Notes under the pieces: model-generated
Told to the model about the DNA's origin: nothing
Database searches by the model: none
The model's input: only the letters and a program-made list of their open reading frames with translations
In this document: piece after piece, positions 13,590 through 25,999 of the stretch
Layout of the letters: each line of letters begins with the position of its first letter
How positions within the stretch are numbered: the stretch's first letter is position 1
Origin: Diadema antillarum
Taxonomy: Eukaryota
Length of the DNA stretch: 64,000 nt
Direction of reading: 5' to 3'
Assembly: GCF_040938485.1 (NCBI RefSeq)
Contig: NW_027271601.1
Span: 2,790,001 to 2,854,000 of the forward strand
Translations under genes and position numbers: made by a program

Positions 13590-13971
13590 AGGGATGGTAC
13601 AGTATTGGTGGAGAGAAGAATTGGGCTTTTAACTTTTTTGTGAGACACCAAGAAAACACTTATGAAATGGTACAGAGCATACCATTTTAAGAGGATTTCA
13701 AAGTTTATTTGATGAAAATTGGGTTTGGAATGACTGAAACATCCCAAAACAAAGTAAAACAAAGCGATCATAATAAAATATGGGTCCCACACTTTATTTT
13801 GGATATCTCAGCCATTTCAACAACAAAAAAACAAAAAAAAGAATCATCAAATAAACGTTGAATTCCTCATAAAATTACATGCTCTTTCATATTTCATAAG
13901 AGGTTTCTCCTTATCTCACCAAAAAATGTTAGAAACCTGAAATTAGGTCTCAACCAAAACTATACGATCCT
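13590..13971. mobile_element. TTAA-flanked Kolobok-like element, family K2
   Basis: TTAA|AGGGATGGTACAG...CGATCCT|TTAA. Confidence 0.8.
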
Positions 13972-14754
13972 TTAAGTGGTAAGCAATGTGTGTTCAATCA
14001 GTATCATTCCTCAGTATTAATTCACATGAAATGTACATGTACATGCACCTATCTGCAAGTTGTAAGAAAATCATGCCTTCAAACTTTGACAATAAAATAT
14101 AACTTTTCATTTATGCCAATTTTAGAAATCAAATGTCAGATCTCTTGTACTGCATACCAGACAAACATGTACAACTTTCACTCAAACAGTAGCGAAGAAC
14201 ATATATTCCTTTAAGAAGAAATAGATTGCAATATGCCTTGTAACTTCGGCATCTTTTCTCATGAGTCTGTGTTTGTTGTGCTAAAGCTTAACAAAAAATT
14301 AACAAACAAAAGCATTATATTGCACGTCTGAAGATGATGTATGCACTAGAAATCAAAAAGAGAGTATGTGTATTAAATTTGTTTAAAGAAATAAGAAATA
14401 CCCTTTTGGTAAAACAACATGAAATAACAAAAACAATTTAGGAATAACATTTTAGTAAATTGTACAACTTCTTCATTTGTATTGGATATTCAAACATGCT
14501 TGGAAGGAGGACACCCAGTCTACACACAATACCAATCAAAACATCTTCTCACCAGAAAACATTGCATGCCCTGTTAAAATAGAGATTTGCTTTAGACTAC
14601 GTTGATACACAATGTCTTAAATGCTTTACATACTTTCATAAAATCTATCGTACCATGATGACACACTTATTCAAATCTTTACATCTGACATGGCTGAAAC
14701 TCCAGATGGAATGGCAAATCTCTGTAGTAAGTAGGAAGCATCTGTATCATCCTA

Positions 14755-14784
14755 TCAGCGGAAATCTTCAACACTGAACATACC
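14755..14784 (-). CDS. ATP6V1F: ATP6V1F exon 4 (terminal)
   Basis: Acceptor tttccttcctag; GMFSVEDFR then TGA TAG. Confidence 0.93.
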   Translation of the reverse strand, partial: GMFSVEDFR

Positions 14785-17306
14785 CTAGGAAGGAAATCAG
14801 ATAGGATTGGTGATCAGTAATACAGAATTTTTTTATGAATTTTGTTGGATTTATCATAATTTTATTTACATGCATTGACATCAACAATCTATGCAAAGTA
14901 AAGTACAATGTAGAAACACATGGAGTGCTAATAAGAATTCATTACATTCAATCTGCACAATTGTTTACTTACATGTACCATAAAAACTTGTACTGCATAC
15001 CCTGAATACGAAAAGATTAATGTGAATTTAGAATGAATTTTAAATTAAATCCCTGACAAATAAATTTATGCAATAAGACAAAATATGTGTATGCTAACAT
15101 ATGCCAGGATGGAAAACCAGGTAATAAGACTGAATTCATTACACATGCTACAATTGTAGTTGCTGATGCACTGCTGATGATGATGGCGCTATTAAGGCAG
15201 AACATGATCTGACTGCAATTGATAACCATTTTTTTATCTTTTATTTTTCAAAATCCAAGAAGGTGGAAATACATATAACACATAAAGCAATTTAGCAATT
15301 GGCACTTACCTTTGCTCTCCTTAGAATGGAATCCTTGCTAGGATCATAGGGGCTGTCTTTAGAAGGAATCTCTAGGACAGCTGGAACTGGTTCTGTGTGA
15401 TTGTCAAGGAGATGGCGGATGTGCTCTGCTATGTTCTGGTTGATCAGAATAATGGCTATATCCATGCGAGCAATGAAAGCTCTGAAACATTCTTCGATTT
15501 CATGGACAGAAGTTTCTGCATGTGGTACGACAGAATTGGGAAATGAAAGATTAACCAGTCATATGCAGTGTACATTGTCATACTGTTCACACAATAAATG
15601 TTACTAAATAAAACAGGAAATTAAAAACAAAGTTAAGAGAATAACACACGTATGCTCTTTGCCAGAAGGAACATGGCTACATAGTGGTATTTGATGCTGT
15701 TATTCAGACCAAACAAAAGCAAAGTATCCAACGAAACGCATAGAAAAGTAAATTGAAGTACAGACTACAGTCAAATGTATATCAAATGATTGGACAAACT
15801 CAACCTGATGAAAATCTTTCGGCAAATGTAATATTTAAATTCAACATCCAAACAGCATTCTATTTACATGTACTTGGTCTTTCTACGACATTACCTTTTT
15901 CAACCACCATGAAATTGGGTTGCCGTTTATTGTTAATTTCACCAATTCCACCCAGTAGAAATCCTGTGCATGTGTCCTTGTAGAAGAGAGCAAGAGAAAA
16001 ACACAAGAAATATGAACACAGGCAGTTTGTAAAAGTGCAAAACTTTGCAGACAAAACAAATACTAGCATAGTCTAACAGACAGGTTTAAAGTCAAAAGAT
16101 CTTAATCAAGACCCCTTAATACCTTATGTTGACCTACCTAGATTCTAGTGTCTGGAAAGCAATATTGAAGGCAAGGGGTCAAGGACTCTTGTCAAGGTCG
16201 ACGACAACAATCAACAAGACCAAGCAGATGTCAATATCTGTGGTGGCTATCCTATCCACCACTACCAGTGCAGTACTACTACTAGAACCTCCTAGTAAAT
16301 TTTGAGTAAATTTAATAGCAGTATGGTACAGTTTACTAGTAGAATCTAGTGCAAATAGAAGTATAAGTAAATATGTTAGACTAGTGGTAATATCAAATGC
16401 AAATAAATTGGCATACTCGTGAAATAGGTCCCACCACTGCGTGTCCGTACTTATACTAAGGCGGCCCGCCTATTTATACTTGTGAATTCAGCCCCGTGTG
16501 GCGTTCATGGGTAGGTAAGCACGGCGGTGGGGCTTCCTTCCACAGTATAATACTCGTGCATGCGGCCCCACCAAACAGCGTTTACGCGAAATTGATACAG
16601 CGGTGGGGCCGATTTCCACAGCATAGCATCTTTCGTCCTCTCTTTCTTCTCGGAAGGACTCTCTAATGTCCTTCGACTAATCTAATGGCCAATTTAACCA
16701 TAAATACAACCCTACCTAACCCTAAACCCTAACCCTAACCCTAGGACCAACCCTTGCTTGCTAACGCACGAGTGCACGCGCACTGCGGTGCGGTGGGGCA
16801 TATTTCACGATTTTGCCAATAAATTTACTGCATTAATGTCATCAATCTGATTTGTTAAATGTTAGTTTAAGTTGGTTCAAATTTTATGTGAGTAGGTTAC
16901 CTATCTAAATTTCACATGTATCTTGATGTATATTGCTAGACCTTCAATTTCAAAGTTTCTTATGTAGTTCTGTGCAATTTTGGTACAATTCGGTATGATG
17001 TATTGATATCTGGGCAGAAGGTGAATTCAATATGTTAACTAAATATTAAAATGCTAGTCCTCGCCTCGCCTACATACAAATGTCATAGATTCTGGGGGTG
17101 TGTATAAATTCAGACAAATGTATGGGACTATGATCGGTATAGGCCGTCTACTGCAGTAGGATAGCCTATTTCATCGCATTCAAAATATCTGGTTCTTGAC
17201 AGATTTTCATTATCTTTATTACTTTAAGATAAGAGTGTTGGTACACTAGAATACTTACTTCATCACCTATAACAGCTACAAGTTTCCCTTTGGATAAATG
17301 AGCCAT
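14755..17306 (-). CDS. ATP6V1F: V-type proton ATPase subunit F, complete (121 aa, 4 coding exons)
   Basis: Exons 17306-17259, 15976-15895, 15515-15310, 14784-14755. Translation [29 protein letters not shown]...[59 protein letters not shown]. Confidence 0.97.
15310..15515 (-). CDS. ATP6V1F: ATP6V1F exon 3
   Basis: (E)[10 protein letters not shown]...[22 protein letters not shown], donor AAG|gtaagt. Confidence 0.97.
15895..15976 (-). CDS. ATP6V1F: ATP6V1F exon 2
   Basis: [31 protein letters not shown] ends, phase 0->1. Confidence 0.96.
16404..16828. mobile_element. TIR element with internal (AACCCT)-like array (ATP6V1F intron 1)
   Basis: Inverted ends ttggca..tcgtgaaata.g.cccacc; repeated gtgggg/cccac motifs; ctaaccct array near 16716-16744. 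Confidence 0.6.
17259..17306 (-). CDS. ATP6V1F: ATP6V1F exon 1
   Basis: [16 protein letters not shown], donor GAA|gtaagt. Confidence 0.95.
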
Positions 17307-17560
17307 TTTCCCTCTATTCGTTCGCCCTCAACTCCGCACAGTCGGTCATGAGATCGAGATCACCTGCCAGAATCGAATCACAGTGCAGTATACACCGTAG
17401 TAATGTAGCTAGCTAGCTACAATTGTAGCGCTAGGACGCGTGAGGGAGGCGCGGCGGGTAGGATCCCGATGCTATGCTGGCTGTGGTAGACCATGGATGA
17501 AAGGATATGACTGAAATCACAAGTCGATGTGGACGATTCTATTGTAAAGTAGGGTAAAGG
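17307..17560. promoter_or_regulatory. Probable promoter region between divergent ATP6V1F and TMUB
   Basis: CpG/GC-rich patch directly upstream of the ATP6V1F ATG; the TMUB ATG exon is preceded by an acceptor, so TMUB needs an upstream non-coding exon. Confidence 0.5.
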
Positions 17561-18806
17561 CTGGTACGTGTGGAGCAAATTCGCCGGAAAATAATAGTAA
17601 TTAAAAAAAAAATGTTCTTGCCCATGTAGAGCCCTAGATCTATATGATAATCTTTAGGTCCACATCGATTTTTTATAAGATCATCAGACTGTGTCGAATG
17701 ACTTTCTACATTCCAGTGTGTTTGATAACGATCATCATTTCGTAAAGACAACGTCAACGATAATCACCATCAGGTTGCTGGGTAAGCTGCAGCGAACTCA
17801 CCCCCTACATGCTGGTCCTGTGCCCTCAATCCTCCCTCCCCATTATAGTTGGGTGGTCCCACTGCTCATCGGATATCGTCGGCCGGTGTTGGTTTCGTAT
17901 CGTTGGTGTGCAACCCAATTTGTCAATGTGTCCGTAAGTACGAGATGTTTGTATTTTGGTCATTGATATACAGTCGCATGTCGAGCAGTTGTCCTGATTT
18001 AATGAAATAGTGTTGTACGTTTAAGTGGGCACGTAAACCGTATGGCGTAGAGCTCATAAGAAAAACCTGAATAAGACGAAACTGTCGAAGATTGGTTTGG
18101 TCAATTTACCATACGAAATATTAAACAAGTGGGACCGTGGAAATTGCAGTGGGTGGTGTGAAGTCTGCATGTGAGAAGCCGACCTGAGCTTGAGCTGCAT
18201 GAGCTACATGGGCTGAGTGTTATGTCATAGGGTTTGTCATGAACTGTGTAGTGTGGATATGTATGTAGCTACAATGAAGTGGTGTTACTGGATGGAGATA
18301 GGTTGCAAAACTGACTACTGCGAAACTTGCTTTGTTGTATTTAAAATTTAAGTACTGGACACGTACTTTTTGATATGTGAAACAGCAAATGCAACTGCCA
18401 ACTGATGCAGGATTTTTGTAAAGTTGTAGTTTTTGTTAGCTTTTTCTGTGAAATAGGAAAAAGAAAATAAAGATCACTTTAAAAAGAAATGCCCAATTAT
18501 CTGATAAAAATAACATTCACTGGAAATGTTTCTGAAAGGTGTACATCTTTCAGAGAAGAGAAACGTGGAAAGCTCTCTTGTATGCTCAAAAATGTCTTGA
18601 GACAATTATGACATAATAAAAATGGATTTACTATAAACCCACAAAGACTTTATAAAGACCTGTGGCTGTGCATGGTCTTGATCTAGTAATAATAGGGGGT
18701 ATCTATTCTTTGTCTCAATATTACTCTCTATGGGATGTCTTTGAGAAAAATGCTACATGTATGATAAGGCATTTAACTTCAATATCATATGTTAACCTGC
18801 CTTTAA

Positions 18807-18891
18807 CCCATTTAGGACGGTTTGATTTTGCTACAACACGCATTTCCCATAGACACTTGCCCAAGTATACTCGGAACTCGCCCTCAATGGG
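18807..18891. mobile_element. 85-bp piggyBac-like MITE
   Basis: TTAA|CCCATTTAGG...CCTCAATGGG|TTAA. Confidence 0.7.
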
Positions 18892-20337
18892 TTAAAACTA
18901 CTAACTTTTGTAATTCACCAAAGTGTTTGGGAAAATTAAGGAACTTTGCTACATGCAAATGTATGTTGAGTTGTATGGATTCATATTACCCTGATCATTA
19001 CTTAATTGTTTGTGGCCAAAAGAATGTACGATATGTGATATATATGTGACCCTGCATCACAAAAGGGCAGATTCTGAAAGTGCAGACTCTAAGCTTTAAA
19101 ATGATGTTGAACTCATTTCAAATGGACTCTTCTAACTTATCTAAATATTGGAAAGAAGGCACACACTCTGGAAAAGTGTGAACTGAGGAAAGAGATTCTG
19201 AAATGCAGGGTCTATTCAAGCTCTAAATCTTTACCAAGCCATGCTAGCTGCGTAATGAAAGCAACAAAAAGCAGGATGTAAACCACTCAGAGCAACAACA
19301 ATGAAGGGATTATCAGATTAGGCTGAAATTGAGCAAGCTCTATCAACACATTCTGTCTATATGATTAATGCCAACTCTCAAAGCAGTAGCATTATCCTTT
19401 CAAATATTTTTAGAGTTCAAAGTGAAGAGTTTGCAAAGGATTTTCAAGGAATGAAAGGGGCCTCTGAGACATACTTGATCATACTACTCTCAAAAAAAAA
19501 AAAAAGTTGTAGAAAAACTGCTGAAAACACATTTTCCCATTCATTTTATGATCCTACTTATGCACACTTAGGAATAATGCAGAGGAAGAATAGTTCTTTC
19601 AGAATATATGAAAAAAAAATCAAGATTGACTTGGTTGACCCATTTCACCTTTTTTGACTTTTTGTTGGTTTTGTGATGCATGGTCATATATTGTACAATA
19701 TTTCTGCTGGTTTTCTTAAGATTACTTGAAAACACTTGGAAAAACACCTTACAAACCAAGATTCTGCCAGTGACATCATCTGTCAATCATTGTTTTGAGT
19801 ACCAATATGATTGAAATACGATAATGGAATGAAACTTTCCCTTTAGAGACTGAGCATAACTTGCATGTTTCCATGTTACTGATAGTATTAACAAAAGACT
19901 TTGCACAGAATATTGGTTTGGAAGGTTTTTGTGGGCGTATCCAAGTACTAGTGCATTTGCATGATATACTTCCTGTAAATGTAGGCTCATAATTGCATTT
20001 GACAACTGCCCCATATAAAATCGTATAGACTAATGGATTGGAACTAATAAATATCCATTTTAAGCAGAGATAATCGATTTGGCAATTCCTTTACATTTAG
20101 TTGTGCCCCACATTGTGTTCAAGAAATTGTAGTGATGCTATTGATAGCATTTCTTTAATACAAACTTGTACCTTTGCTGCAACCACTTCTGATTTATTGC
20201 ATATAGGAGCACTGTAATACCAAGTGCTCATATGCAAGGAATTGTGATGGAGAAAGATTGCATAATATATGTCAAAAGTAATTTTCAAATGTTTTCTCCC
20301 ACATAGGCATGATGATCTATTGTAGACATTGGCGACT

Positions 20338-21266
20338 ATGAGTCTGATTGAAGGAATTGGGGATGAGGTCACAGTGCTGGTGACTGTGATTGTAGCCGTG
20401 GCAACAGTAGTGGCTGCCTGGTTCTCCACTTCAGTGCAGGAGCAACATTCCTACTGGCAGGATCGTCCAGGCTCAGTTGTCGACCCAGCGTCTGTTGTGG
20501 ATCCCGAGTCATCAACTTCCGAATCGACTTATTCAGAAGAGGATGGGAGGGACACAGTTTCAGATACGCCCAGTAGCAGAGAGACACACAATGCTGTTGG
20601 TACTGGCGACGAACACAAGCGGGGCAATGAGACTGAAGTGCCAGCCAGTGAGGTGCCCCTTTCACAGAGCCACTCAAATAGAGAGAGTCAGGGTATGCCC
20701 TCTGGCAACTCAAAAGCTTGCTATAGTACTACAGCAGATAACAATTCCACAGGTAGGCAGGAGAACGAGCAAAATATAGCGAGTTCTGGCAGTCAATACT
20801 CAGGCTTTGACCCCTCTGAAGCCACTACAGAAAGTGATAACCAAGACTGCTGCACATCAGACCCTTTTTCTGGAGTGGATGCTTCAGATGGAGTCAGCAT
20901 GCACCATGATCCACCAGAAGTGATTGTGCAGGAGAGAGTTGAAGATGTTCATGTCAGTGCAAGTGAGCAGTGTGTTCGCAAGAGGACTATTCCAGCAAGT
21001 ACTGCCTCCCCGGCCATTGTTTCTGCAGAGGGGCCTGAAGGTGGGCAGGAACCATTGACAAATGAGTCAGAACACTCGAGTGAAAGTCAAAGTACCGGTA
21101 GCCGGTCAGAAACATTTTCACAAGCTGAAACTGGAGCTACTGGGTCATCACAGAGAATAAGGGACCAATCTGCAAGTGGAGTTATTTCAATCAAATTGAA
21201 ATTTCTCGATGAAACTGACAGGATGGTATCAACAAATATGGATGACACACTGGGCAATTTCAGAAG
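20338..21266 (+). CDS. TMUB1: TMUB coding exon 1
   Basis: Acceptor tattgtag just upstream of the ATG; donor AGAAG|gtattc, phase 2. Confidence 0.92.
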
Positions 21267-23206
21267 GTATTCAGACCAAGTTTCATAGTTGTGCTAATTT
21301 GTAGACATTGTGGATGACGTGAAGATAAAATTTGAATAACAAATGGAAGTGTGCCAAAATATGATTGTATGTCTTTTGTATCTGTCACAATGGTGCACCA
21401 TCATTTTCAGTATGAGAACTGTGTATGCATTCATACATCATTTTCAAGAGAGAATGTACCGGGACAAAATACTTGGGGTCCTCAGTCTTTGCTGTTTAAT
21501 TGCCGTCATTTTTATGCTTCCATCACGGAGTGTTGCAAGAGGCATTACCCAGTGTGTCTTCAGGTTGTCTTCTATCCATAATCAATTTTGTGGACAATGA
21601 AACTAATTACTGTTTGAGGTGTCCAATTAAAACTTGGCATATGGATGTGTAGATGAATGGAAGAAACTACATCTATAAACTTGTGGATGTACAGTTTCTA
21701 TGTTAAAGTTTATTGGTGAAGGTCAAATTCTGATATATCACTCTTTCCCAAATATCTCTGGAAGTATTTTCATGAAACTTAGTGCATACATGTGCACTGT
21801 TTTACCAGATGAAGATTCTCCAGAAAAAGATGTAGGCCATGGGGTCAAAGGTCAAATGAAAATGAAAAATGTAACTTTTTTCTCACCATAGTGATATTTT
21901 ATTAGTCTTGTTTTTTTCTTCCTCACTACAAGACCAAATTGAATGGAGGCAAGGGTGCTACATATACAAGGCTATTAGCAAGTATTTGCTGACAGAAGTG
22001 CCAAGTGCATTTGCCCATGTGACCCATAAAATGAAAAGTTCATCCAATTATGCTGCTTAATGCCGTAGCGTAGCTGTTCTTTAAAGATATTCAGTATAAG
22101 AGAAAGAAATTTGCCATAGGCAATTTGAAACAGCTTCCTATGCAAAACATTAATCAAACAGTTAAGGATTGATTGAGGGCATACCTCATGGGAGAATACT
22201 TCGTTGCGACTGCTGCAACTGATCAGTCACTGTGACTTATGTGACTCGAATGACAAAAGAATGGCTTGTACTCTCACCAAGAAGGCGAGTCCACAGCAAC
22301 TTCAGAGACCTCTCCAAATTAGGTGATAATTTATTCATCTTAAAGTCACAAAGACATCTCAGCGACGCCTTCGGTACACAGGTGCGTCTCCACATCTTGG
22401 AGACTGACCTTGCCAATGAATTAGTCTCCACGACTGAAAGGAGATGTCGCAACAACTAGCTGAAGACTGGAAAGAGTCTTCAGAAAAATGGAATATGTTT
22501 GATTCTCTCACAACTACCTAGTGACTCGGCTACGGGTACTCCAGGAGACATTATGGAGACATCACAGAGACGTCTCCATGACCACTCCGTGACCAGGGAG
22601 ACTCGAGTCCCCATCAGGTCACCAACTAGTCTCCAGCCCAGTGAGATTCTCACATTAATCACTTCAGAGATAATTTTGATGACTGTACATGTAGCTTTTG
22701 ATGCTCAGCAAGAAAGTTTTAAAAGATTGATCTATGGTTCACTAGTCATATCTCACTACTGGAGTGATTCTACTATATTTTCATACAGCACCATCAGATG
22801 TATAAGATTTGTTTTGTTTCGTTGTTTTATCTTCTGCAATTAAAGGGAAACTTTTGCAGCTGAGATACGAGCTGGGAAGACTGTGCGGCTAATATCAAAT
22901 GGGCAGCTGCTAACAGACGACAGCCGAACCCTTGCCACCTACGGCATCACTAACCAGCACGTCATTCACTGCCAGGTGTCACAGGCTGGTACCGGGCAGG
23001 GGCACCACAGGCGCCTTCCATCAGACGCAGGGGGCGGGGAGCACGACTTGGGCCGGTACATGGTGCCACTCTTCGCCTGCATCCTGGCCTTTGTGTGGTA
23101 CCTCCGGTTCCAGTACCGCTTCATGTTCAATGCCACCTCCACGTTGTCACTGACGGCCGTCACGGTTGTATTCCTACTGGCGTTACTGGCTGCATGGCGG
23201 GCGTGA
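20338..23206 (+). CDS. TMUB1: Transmembrane and ubiquitin-like domain-containing protein (TMUB1/2 homologue), complete, 429 aa
   Basis: Exons 20338-21266 and 22846-23206. N-terminus MSLIEGIGDEVTVLV...AWFST matches the recalled TMUB start; UBL domain ISIKLKFLDE...VRLISNGQLLTDDSRTLATYGITNQHVIHCQVS; two C-terminal TM segments. Confidence 0.93.
21511..21890 (+). mobile_element. Diverged HINE fragment (TMUB intron)
   Basis: ttttatgcttccatcacg...gaggcatta start and ggggtcaaaggtcaa motif shared with 60394-61534; another end fragment near 37170-37225. Confidence 0.5.
22220..22680. repeat. Dispersed repeat rich in GAGAC/GTCTC motifs, copy 2 (TMUB intron)
   Basis: Diverged homologue of about 6880-7290; ends approximate. 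Confidence 0.6.
22846..23206 (+). CDS. TMUB1: TMUB coding exon 2 (terminal)
   Basis: Pyrimidine tract + aattaaag acceptor, phase 2; ETFAAEIRAGKTVRLISNGQLL...LLAAWRA*. Confidence 0.93.
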
Positions 23207-23737
23207 GATGCTCCTCTAAGCTGCAGCTACTTGTATTCACCCCTTACGTGCACTGGATTTATGAAACTTACCTCCATTGACACTCCACATCATACTGGTA
23301 ACTCATGAGTAAATACGTGAGCTCATGCTTTTCATTAATACCGAGGTACAGCTGATTGCAAATATATGGTATATCAATGTGTCTCTCCTCTTGCTAATCA
23401 ATACCGGTATTAAAGCAATGGACACATGTACGATACACTGAAATTATATTACATTGTTTTCTTGCATTCTAAATGGGATATGTGTGATCTCCAATTATCA
23501 ATATACAATATGACATTACTACAAATCTGCATCTAATGTGAAATATTATTCCATTTAAAATGCATCATGTAGCATCCACCAACAACTTTCAAACATTGTA
23601 AGCTTGTAGCACACTAGGTATGCTGTCAGCCCGTTGAGAAAACAAAAGTAAATCATAGGTTATTGTTAATTGCCATTACATTGCTGCAAGGCAATTTGAT
23701 CTGAAAAATGTCATGTTTTGCTGTGCCCCTCTAATGT

Positions 23738-23743
23738 AATAAA
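23738..23743 (+). promoter_or_regulatory. Candidate polyadenylation signal for TMUB
   Basis: AATAAA about 530 nt after the stop codon. Confidence 0.35.
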
Positions 23744-25011
23744 GGTAGTTCAGATGATCCCCCTAAATTTTAGTAGTGATCTGGAAATTTTTATGGATAT
23801 TATGAAGGATTTTCAATATTTTGGCTGGTAGGGTCAATGAAATCTGGAGTTCAGGCTGTGCATTTTTTAGGTTTTCATACGTGCACTAAAGTGCGTGCTC
23901 TAGTTTCTGCTAGGGCAAGGCACGCCCCGCAGCTGAGGGTTTATGATGTAACAAAGGCTTCTATATTGGGAAATCGGCTGATTTTTCAGCATTCATACAT
24001 ATGGGTAGAAATCACTGATCTCTGTGGAAGAGCAAGATCATCGGTGGAAAGTAGCTGCTTGGCGGAGGTCTGCGTTCTCGGAGTGCTTTTCTCATTTGAA
24101 ATGCACACTATAATGTGAGAGCAATAGATTGATGTAAATCTTTGCAAATATCGCACACCACATTGTTGCCATCCAAACTAATGGCACAGTAAAGTTTACT
24201 GGAATAAATACACCAAGATATTCTGTCCACACATCTTGTCTGTTGTCTTAGACAAAGTTGGTGAGCTTGTGCAACCTTTTTGAATTTCCATTGGTCTACA
24301 TACATATCGTAATCCAGAATATGCAGGAATTTGTGTGATAAAGCTGTCTTATTGTCTCAAAATGCATGCTTCTTTGCAAAGATTTTGGAGCTTAGGTATT
24401 TGTTCCAAGTTCATAGTGTCACTGCCGAGTTTGGGTATTTGTTCCAAGTTCATTGTGTCACTGTCGGCAAACGGGGATAGCGTGGTGGTAGTGTCGCTGC
24501 CCATGAAGCAGTTATGACAGGTTGGTATCCCACAGGTTCCTTTTTTCCGACATGTTTGTTTAATTATAGATAAGCAATTGCGATCTTACAAATTTCATTA
24601 GTAGAGATAGACAAAATTGAAGAAAAACTCACACCTCGACCTTCACCTCTCGGCTTAATAATCTTTTACTTTCAAAGATTTTCTTTCAGAGCTTTATTTG
24701 AACATAATCACGCTGTGTCTCTCTCTTCCTGTTGTGAATCAAGCAGGATGATTGAATTTGTAGTATGTTTTCTCTTGTTTACAATTCTCTTTCATTTTGG
24801 GGTGTTTTGCCCTAAAAAGGAAAACAGTCATTACTATTGTGGGTAAAACATTTATTTATCAGAGGTTGCTGTTCCATATTGTCTGGATGACTAAGTGCTT
24901 CACACATGTAGGACAAGGCTGTAAGCCTCCATGATTTTAATGAGGGGCAGTACGAGCAGTATTTCAACTTTGACAGCTCATTCTCTTCAGAAATTGTCCG
25001 GTGCACACTTG

Positions 25012-25314
25012 CAGAGACTCCAACCCAAAGCACCTTCTGATCTGGAGATTCTCCCGCCTGAAACCCCTAGCAAACGGGAGACTCCAAGTTGATGTGTACG
25101 AAGCGCGAAGTTCCTAGATTTCTAGATGCTCTCTGGTGCTATCTAAGGCTTATTTTTTCAACATACGATAGCAATAAGTAAGAAATCCTTTCCAACGGGA
25201 GACACAGAGCCAGGACGGGAGAAATTTAATCTCAAGTGGAAGAACGGGAGATTTTGCAAAAATGGGTTTTCGGTGGGAGATCTCCCGTCGAAAATGGGAG
25301 AGTTGGAGTCTCTG
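25012..25314 (-). mobile_element. hAT-like MITE, 13-bp TIR CAGAGACTCCAAC, 6-bp TSD
   Basis: TSD CACTTG on both sides; 303 bp. Confidence 0.9.
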
Positions 25315-25509
25315 CACTTGGTTTGCTTTTTTTTTTTTTCATTTTCATTTTCATTTTCATGTTTTGTGCATTAGTATGGAACAAAAAAGTCTGAATTGCC
25401 TACAGGTTGCCAGCTGTGGTACATCATACATGAACTGTATCTCCAGCCAGTGTTTTCTGTCTTGTCCATGTGTTTTGGTGCTATAGAGCCAGCATGGCAG
25501 AAGGGAAAT

Positions 25510-25740
25510 ACATGGTAGTGATGAACATGCTGATTCTAACGATAACAGTGATGATGATGGGGACAGTGATGATGATGATGGAAGTGTCAATGGTAACGAT
25601 TGTGGTTGTGCCAATGGCTTGTGTTGATGGTAATAGTGATGGTGATGGTTACAACGACAATGGTGATAGAGAGATGGTAGTAATGGTGTTGGTGGTGATG
25701 GTGATGTTGATGATGGTGATGACAGTCGTGGCGATGTGAA
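25510..25740. repeat. Degenerate (GAT/GGT)n low-complexity tract
   Basis: Direct reading. Confidence 0.85.
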
Positions 25741-25789
25741 ATAGTGGCCATGCTTAACTGCCAATCACTTACTCTTCAGCAATGTAGCA

Positions 25790-25999
25790 TACTGTAAAGC
25801 AAGAAATTTTCATGGCATGAAATTTATGTGAATTGGAGCTGATGGCCTTTTTTTGCGGCATGAAATTTTCACAAATTGCCACTGGCATTCAGTTCACATA
25901 CAGAAGACAAGAACTTCTGTGTGCACCCCAATTTCACAAATCTTGGCTTGTGAAATTCAGGAAATTAAAATGCATGCAAAAATTTCTGGTTTTGCAGTA
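25790..25999. mobile_element. TACTGTA-type MITE (diverged)
   Basis: tactgtaaagcaagaaatttt...aaaaatttctggttttgcagta. Confidence 0.6.

Noticed and set aside
25357-25764. His/Ser-rich and Met/Val-rich ORFs
   Set aside because: Products of a degenerate GAT/GGT microsatellite.
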